Positions 7,473 to 12,630 of a stretch of 12,630 bases of DNA are shown in pieces. Every line of letters begins with the position of its first letter. Positions within the stretch are counted from its first letter, which is position 1. The position numbers and the translations under genes are program-made. This DNA is from Pseudobdellovibrionaceae bacterium (GTDB taxonomy: Bacteria > Bdellovibrionota > Bdellovibrionia > Bdellovibrionales > Bdellovibrionaceae), in the NCBI GenBank assembly GCA_039810425.1, contig JBDHWW010000071.1:1-12630 (forward strand), given 5' to 3'. The notes beneath the pieces were generated by a model. The model searched no databases, was not told the origin of the DNA, and was given only the letters and a program-made list of their open reading frames with translations.

Positions 7473-8306
7473 CTAATCGCGAGTCAGAGGTTGGCCGACT
7501 TTCACGAACCGATCAAGATTCATTTTGCCTTCAAACTTGTTCGCAAACTCCTCGGTGTAGACCATAATGATCGTACTTCCCATTCGGAACAGACCAAGCT
7601 CGTCACCTTTTTCAACCAAGATCGGCGTTTTGTATTCCACCACACGGTTCTTACTCATATTGAGCTGGTTGCCACGAAAACTTGGATCAAAACTAAGCTC
7701 AATTTGCCCCACGTTCGTCGCCCCTACAAAGACCACGCTCGCAGGACCATAATCGCTGGCGATTTCCACGATGATTCTCTCGTTCACAGACATCAAATCG
7801 TGAATATTTTCCACACTCCATTTATTGACCGGCCAGAGCTCGCCGGGCACATGGGTCACCTTCGTAATAAGTCCACTAACAGGTGAGTGAACCCGGTGAT
7901 AGTCTGTTGGACAGAGGTAGTAAGTAATGAAAAAGCCGTTTTGGTATGTCTGCAGAGCGGCCGAATTCGAGAGCAAATCCTGAACGGAATAGTCCTTACC
8001 CTTGGCTTGCACAAGTTTTCCGCCATGGATTCGTCCATATTGGCTGATTTGACTATCGGCTGGATGAATTGCCGTTGCGATCTTTGCCACCGGACGCGCC
8101 CCTGCTTTGAGTTTTCGCACAAAGAACTCGCCCAGACTTGGATAGCCACTCACTGGTTTTTCCGCCTCATCAATATTGATGTTGTAAATTTTAGCAAAAA
8201 TATGAATCGTGACTGACGCCCAAATGCGAGGTCCACGCCAGTGAACGAGTTTACCGATTAGATAGCTTAAATGATTCCGAGGCAGAAATTTGGTAATGGC
8301 TGACAT
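7473..8306 (-). CDS. psd: Phosphatidylserine decarboxylase proenzyme (start 8306 or 8315)
   Basis: Y.SLGEFFVRKLK.GARP, HPADS, YLCPTDYHRVHSP, PGELWPVN, NER, VGATNVG and FRMGSTII (self-cleavage GS motif). The ORF-track start at 8342 would overlap the divergent gene. Confidence 0.95.
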   Translation of the reverse strand: MSAITKFLPRNHLSYLIGKLVHWRGPRIWASVTIHIFAKIYNINIDEAEKPVSGYPSLGEFFVRKLKAGARPVAKIATAIHPADSQISQYGRIHGGKLVQAKGKDYSVQDLLSNSAALQTYQNGFFITYYLCPTDYHRVHSPVSGLITKVTHVPGELWPVNKWSVENIHDLMSVNERIIVEIASDYGPASVVFVGATNVGQIELSFDPSFRGNQLNMSKNRVVEYKTPILVEKGDELGLFRMGSTIIMVYTEEFANKFEGKMNLDRFVKVGQPLTRD

Positions 8307-8342
8307 GGGGCCCATTGTGGTGCTATAGCTTAAGTATGTCAC
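8300..8342. promoter_or_regulatory. Candidate overlapping divergent sigma70-type promoters producing leaderless mRNAs
   Basis: + strand: CTGACA(8300-8305)-N18-TATAGC(8324-8329, preceded by TGn)-N6-ATG 8336. - strand: GTGACA(8342-8337)-N17-CACAAT(8319-8314)-N7-ATG 8306. No SD before either ATG. Confidence 0.45.
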
Positions 8343-9871
8343 GAATTTTCCAGAACCTAGATGTCCCGATTGACTCGGACCTCGAGGAAAAGTTGCAGTA
8401 TTTAATGCCGGATCACGGGCCGTATCGCATTCTACGCCAGAGCGTCGATGCCCGCCGCTCGCATAACGTCCACTTCGTTTACTCTGTGGAAGTCGCTGAA
8501 AAAAATGAAACTCTGAAAGTCGATAACTATCCCGTTGAAAAAATCAGCAAAGTCGTCACTGAAAAACCACTCATCGTGGGCTCTGGTCCCGCAGGACTTT
8601 TTGCAGCTCTGCGCTTGGTGGAGCGCGGGATTCCCTGCGTGCTTTTTGAACGTGGTTCCGAAAGTACGGAACGCATCAAAGGTATTAACCGTTACTGGCG
8701 CTATGGTGAACTCGATCGCAGAAATAATGTTTGCTATGGCGAAGGCGGCGCCGGGCTTTACTCCGATGGTAAACTTATCACACGCATTAAATCTCCGCAC
8801 ATCCCGTATGTTCTCCACCGCCTTGTGCAGTTTGGCGCCCCGGCGGAAATTCAATGGCTTGCCAATCCACACGTCGGCTCCGATAAAATCCGCCGTGTGA
8901 TTCCAAAAATGCGCGAGTTCTTGCGCGCCAATGGCTGTGAAATTCATTTCAATTCACAAGTGACCGAGATTTTGTTTGAAGGCCGTCAAACCGTCGGCGT
9001 CAAGACCGAGCAAGACACAGAGTACCGCTCGCCCTATGTGGTGCTTGCCACCGGCCACTCGGCGGAAGACATGCTCATGCACCTCAAAGAAAAAGAAGTT
9101 TTCATGGAAGACAAATCGTTCGCCATGGGTCTTCGCATCGAGCACCCGCAAAAAGCGATTAATAAAATTCAATACCGCGATTTTTCAGAGCATCCAAAGC
9201 TGGGTTCTGCGAATTACAAGCTTGCCGATCATGATCACAAAACCAACATCGGCGTTTATAGCTTTTGCATGTGCCCGGGTGGCTACGTGCTTTCAAGTGG
9301 CACGGAAGCTGATGGCCTCGTTTGCAATGGGATGAGCAACTATAGCCGAAATTCACCTTACGCCAACGCCGCGATCGTTGTCAGTGTTGATCATAAAACA
9401 AACTTTGGGAGCGACGTTTTTGGTGGCATGAAACTGCGCCGCGAGTTAGAGACCCGGGCTTTTCAATCCGTGCAGAATGCTGGCGGCACAAAAGAAATTC
9501 CAGCTCAAAACATGATAGACTTCGTGCGCGGCCGCATCGGCAAGGTCAACCAAGGTTCTGTGCCTTCCGGCACAAAGGCGGTTCGTTTGGACGAACTTCT
9601 TCCGAACTTTATCTATAAACGCATCCTAGAAGGCTTTGATAAATTTGAACGCTCGATGAAAGGCTTCGTCACTGAAGACGCGCAGCTCTATGGGGTGGAG
9701 TCTCGCACAAGTTGTCCGGTGCGGGTGACTCGAGGCGAAGACAGCTTGCAGAGCCTCAGTCACAAGGGCCTCTTCCCCGCCGGGGAAGGTGCCGGTTACG
9801 CCGGCGGAATCACATCCGCAGCTTGTGATGGCGTGCGGATTGCTGAAAAGATCTTTGACCTCTGTCGCTAG
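8336..9871 (+). CDS. NAD(P)/FAD-dependent oxidoreductase (COG2509-type uncharacterised flavoprotein), 511 aa
   Basis: IVGSGPAGLFAA (Rossmann fold), GEGGAGLYSDGKL, PHVGSD, VLATGHSA, GLRIEHPQ, YSFCMCPGG, NGMS, ESRTSCPVR, GEGAGYAGGITSAA.DG. Start moved to ATG 8336 (MSRIF). Confidence 0.92.
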   Translation: MSRIFQNLDVPIDSDLEEKLQYLMPDHGPYRILRQSVDARRSHNVHFVYSVEVAEKNETLKVDNYPVEKISKVVTEKPLIVGSGPAGLFAALRLVERGIPCVLFERGSESTERIKGINRYWRYGELDRRNNVCYGEGGAGLYSDGKLITRIKSPHIPYVLHRLVQFGAPAEIQWLANPHVGSDKIRRVIPKMREFLRANGCEIHFNSQVTEILFEGRQTVGVKTEQDTEYRSPYVVLATGHSAEDMLMHLKEKEVFMEDKSFAMGLRIEHPQKAINKIQYRDFSEHPKLGSANYKLADHDHKTNIGVYSFCMCPGGYVLSSGTEADGLVCNGMSNYSRNSPYANAAIVVSVDHKTNFGSDVFGGMKLRRELETRAFQSVQNAGGTKEIPAQNMIDFVRGRIGKVNQGSVPSGTKAVRLDELLPNFIYKRILEGFDKFERSMKGFVTEDAQLYGVESRTSCPVRVTRGEDSLQSLSHKGLFPAGEGAGYAGGITSAACDGVRIAEKIFDLCR

Positions 9872-9996
9872 GGCTAGGTCATTTTTTTGCTTTGTGAGAG
9901 CCTCATTGCGATCCCGAAAATTTCCTTTGCACTCTCGAGCCAAGTACGTCAGCCTTATGAGACAAACAACTACGTTAAAAACAAGGAGAGGTTTTA

Positions 9997-10485
9997 ATGA
10001 AAAAGATATTAGTGGCGTCCATGGCGGCGGCTTTGTTAATGGCAGGTTCCTCATCAATGGCTGCGGACGCAGGCTGCGGTCTTGGCAGCATTATTTTTAC
10101 TAAAAATTCAAAGCTCCTCCAGCTTTTTGCAGCTACGACGAATAACTCCACTCTGACCCAGCCCTTGGGTATCACTTTTGGCACGTCGGGCTGCTCTGCA
10201 AGCGGTTTGGTGATGAATGATAAGCAAATTCAGTACTTCGTGGAAATCAATCAAGAAGAACTTTCACGTGAAATGGCTCAGGGTCATGGTGAGAAATTGG
10301 CGACTTTGGCTCTTTTGAAGGGCTGTGCAAATCCGGACTCGCAAAAAGCTTTCGCCGGCTTCACTCAGTCCGCATACTCGCAAATCTTGCCAACAGCAAA
10401 GACAAGCGCCGTGGACATGGTTCAGAACTTGAATGCGGAAATGGCCGGCCAATTGGAGCTCAACCAAATGTGCCATGGTTCTTAG
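9997..10485 (+). CDS. DUF3015 family secreted protein
   Basis: AAGGAGAGG SD, signal peptide MKKILVASMAAALLMAGSSSMA, and motifs AGCGLGS, AATTN, GITFGTSGC, L..EMAQG.GE.L..LA.L.GC. Confidence 0.88.
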   Translation: MKKILVASMAAALLMAGSSSMAADAGCGLGSIIFTKNSKLLQLFAATTNNSTLTQPLGITFGTSGCSASGLVMNDKQIQYFVEINQEELSREMAQGHGEKLATLALLKGCANPDSQKAFAGFTQSAYSQILPTAKTSAVDMVQNLNAEMAGQLELNQMCHGS

Positions 10486-12295
10486 TCGGCTCCTGATATT
10501 TTTTCTTCTGACAATCATAGCCCCGCATCCTGTGTGGGGCTTTTCATTGGAACAGGCCGGAGTTTATAAAAAAATCGCTCTTGAAAAACGTCTTGCCGAA
10601 GCCCCGCAATGGCTGAAACTCGGTCACTATCACAAAACTTGGACCGGAAATGACCGCTCAAAAATCCTTGGAAATTTCTTTCTTTCACCCGTCGGCAATG
10701 AAAATCCTGAAGCTGAACTCTTAGCGACGATTGATCAGCTCTTTTCCGCCGATAAAAGCCAGCTTCAATGTCGCTACCTGGGGCGCATGCACTGGCTTAA
10801 AACTGTTCTACCACTTAAAAACGAGGATCTGGTTTCGTGCCCCGAGCGTGACGAGTGGCGGAAGAAACTTGGCGCTAAAGAGGCTTACGTTGTTTTTGCC
10901 GCCGGAGACTTCTCAAGTCCAGGCTCAAGCTTCGGACACACCTTTCTGCGATTGCATAACCCCGAGAACACCCGGCAAAAAGAACTCCTCGACTATGGGG
11001 TTAACTACGCCGCGCTCACCGGCCAGGAGGCTGGTGCCTTGTATGCATTGAAGGGACTTTTTGGATTTTATCCCGGGAGCTTTTCGATGCTCCCCTATCA
11101 CGAAAAAATCCGCGAATACACCAATCTCGAGGGGCGTGACCTCTGGGAGTATAAACTAAAACTTTCCGAGAGCGATATTGAGTTTATTATCGATCATTTG
11201 CTTGAGCTCGATGGCAGTTATTCTTACTACTACTTTTCAGATGAGAACTGTTCTTATCAGATTTTAGAACTCATCAATCTCGTTCGCCCTGAGATGAACC
11301 TTGCTCAGGAGTTCAGCACTTTCGTAATTCCACTGGATAGCATGCGGTTACTCAACGATAGGGGCTTTCTTGAGAACGAAAAACTAAGACCGTCTTTGCA
11401 AGCGGAGTGGCGCGCTCGTTACGCGGGACTTGGATTAGGCGAAAAAATAGAACTCCGGGAGGCCGTGAAAGACCCGACAGACTTTAAATTCACCGGGAAT
11501 TTTTCAAATAAAGAAAAGGCCGGGGTTTTAGAGACCGCCTTGAGTTATATCGCGATCAAAGAGTACCGCGAGCAAAAAGAATTTAAAGACGAGAGATACG
11601 CACTTGCCGTTCAGCGCGCCCAATTGGGTCAGATTACCGAACCTGTGATCATTCAGCCCCCGGCTTCGCCCTTACTCAGCCATCGAGCAATGGGGGCTTA
11701 TTTCAGCTATGGCGCCTATGATGAAAAAAGCTATTTCGGTTTTAAATACCGCCGGGCCTTTCACGACCTGCTTTCGGACGACATGGGACTTTCGCCATTT
11801 ATTCATCTCGAGGTTCTCAGTCTGGAGTTCCGTTACTTCCTTACCGGAAAAAAATTGGATCTGACTCATTTTACATTTCTAAATATCCTCTCAACTTCAC
11901 CGACGAATATTTTAGATCACCCCGTCAGCTGGACGGTGGATATCGGGACGCGCCCAAAACTCGCACCCTATTTTGATTTTGGCGCGGGCTTCAGCTTTGA
12001 CGTGACCCAGAAATATCCAACCCGCTGGGTGTTTTTCGGGCGCGTGGAAAATCGCACGGACGACAGCAAATACGCGGGCTACGCTGGTGCCCAGACGTTG
12101 CTTCTGACAAAATGGAATCCACACTTTCGTACTCTGCTCGGTACGAAATATCTTTACTCGCTTCAAGATCATGGATTTTTCTGGGATAGCCAGTTGGGAG
12201 TTTCCGTCTCTCGCGGCGCGCACGAAGTTCGCATCGAATATCAGAAGCGCCATGAAATTTCTGATACAAAGAGTTCTTATATTTATTTCTTTTAA
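10475..12295 (+). CDS. DUF4105 (Lnb N-terminal-like) domain protein with a probable C-terminal beta-barrel, 606 aa
   Basis: Start moved to ATG 10475, overlapping the DUF3015 gene by 11 nt and giving a signal peptide. Motifs W.KLGHY, FFLS..G..NP.AEL.AT, CRY.GR..WL, SSFGHTFLR, KGLFG.YPG.F, Y...EGRDLWEY.L, YYFSDENCSY, R.AFHDLL. The C-terminal part has amphipathic aromatic strands and ends in Phe. Confidence 0.88.
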   Translation: MVLSRLLIFFLLTIIAPHPVWGFSLEQAGVYKKIALEKRLAEAPQWLKLGHYHKTWTGNDRSKILGNFFLSPVGNENPEAELLATIDQLFSADKSQLQCRYLGRMHWLKTVLPLKNEDLVSCPERDEWRKKLGAKEAYVVFAAGDFSSPGSSFGHTFLRLHNPENTRQKELLDYGVNYAALTGQEAGALYALKGLFGFYPGSFSMLPYHEKIREYTNLEGRDLWEYKLKLSESDIEFIIDHLLELDGSYSYYYFSDENCSYQILELINLVRPEMNLAQEFSTFVIPLDSMRLLNDRGFLENEKLRPSLQAEWRARYAGLGLGEKIELREAVKDPTDFKFTGNFSNKEKAGVLETALSYIAIKEYREQKEFKDERYALAVQRAQLGQITEPVIIQPPASPLLSHRAMGAYFSYGAYDEKSYFGFKYRRAFHDLLSDDMGLSPFIHLEVLSLEFRYFLTGKKLDLTHFTFLNILSTSPTNILDHPVSWTVDIGTRPKLAPYFDFGAGFSFDVTQKYPTRWVFFGRVENRTDDSKYAGYAGAQTLLLTKWNPHFRTLLGTKYLYSLQDHGFFWDSQLGVSVSRGAHEVRIEYQKRHEISDTKSSYIYFF

Positions 12296-12324
12296 AAACT
12301 GATCCCTTACGCTGTTGATATGAA

Positions 12325-12383
12325 GTCCCAAGCACGGCGGATCTGCCTCCATGCGATGGGCGGGCGGGTGCCCCGGCTTGGAC
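12325..12383 (+). other. Long imperfect GC-rich hairpin between the DUF4105 gene and the right transposase fragment
   Basis: GTCC(C)AAGC pairs with GCTTGGAC, CGG with CCG, ATCTGCC with GGCGGGT (two G-U pairs), and CCAT with ATGG around a GCG loop. No U-tract follows. Confidence 0.5.
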
Positions 12384-12441
12384 GCTGATCTATGTCTGCT
12401 TGATGAAAACCAAGTTATGATAAAGCACATAAAAATAGGGA

Positions 12442-12630
12442 GGGCCTCACAGCTATGACTATCCCGGGCGTTTCGTTTTCTTCTTTCTCACCAGAAGCCC
12501 GCGCCCCTCTAAATCATTGAGTTCTTGATAGGCGATCACGGCCCGAAACTGCCTCCCCCAAGATAAAATCTTAGTAAAAGGGCGAAGATCAAAAAGGCCT
12601 TTCAGGGACCTCCCTTTAAGCTTTGAAAGA
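12442..12630 (-). repeat. Right copy of the ~189-bp inverted repeat
   Basis: Its reverse complement aligns without gaps to 1-189 at 174/189 identity. Confidence 0.97.
12459..12629 (-). mobile_element. Second copy of the putative Y1 (HUH) transposase C-terminus; truncated by the window edge
   Basis: Minus strand reads LSKLKGRSLKGLFDLRPFTKILSWGRQFRAVIAYQELNDLEGRGLLVRKKKTKRPG* (TAG 12461-12459). 51/56 aa identical to the left copy. Confidence 0.7.

Noticed and set aside
7575..7592. MGST rather than LGST at the Psd cleavage site
   Set aside because: Conservative variation. The Gly-Ser scissile bond is intact.
11912..12430. 172-aa minus-strand ORF downstream of the right transposase (possible tnpB or cargo)
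   Set aside because: Mostly antisense to the DUF4105 gene, with no RuvC or zinc-finger motifs and no equivalent at the left copy.
1..12630. Linear plasmid/phage or a single transposon with terminal inverted repeats
   Set aside because: The interior is housekeeping genes with no replication or phage functions. The repeats are truncated coding sequence running off both edges, which is best explained by contig breaks at a multicopy gene.
1..12630. CRISPR array, tRNA, rRNA or purine riboswitch upstream of guaB
   Set aside because: I saw no regularly spaced direct repeats or recognisable RNA gene motifs. The 80-bp guaB leader shows no purine-aptamer pattern by eye; an Rfam search would be decisive.

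Overview
A 12.6-kb bacterial chromosomal segment, probably a complete contig. Gene content and protein style suggest Bdellovibrionota (inference). Minus-strand block: miaB, a divergent DUF151/bifunctional-nuclease protein, a gamma-carbonic-anhydrase-family protein, guaB, guaA and a secreted AgmX/PglI (TonB-C-like) protein. Next come an acidic hypothetical protein and psd. A COG2509-type FAD oxidoreductase is transcribed divergently from psd and is followed by a DUF3015 + DUF4105 (Lnb-like) gene pair. The most striking feature is missing from the ORF track: the two window ends are inverted copies of the same ~189-bp sequence (first 77 nt identical, 174/189 overall). Each copy encodes the C-terminal 56 aa of what looks like a Y1/HUH (IS200-like or RAYT-like) transposase, and both point inward. 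The psd/oxidoreductase junction is very compact: neither gene has a Shine-Dalgarno sequence, and each gene's ATGTCA start may supply the -35 box of the other gene's promoter.
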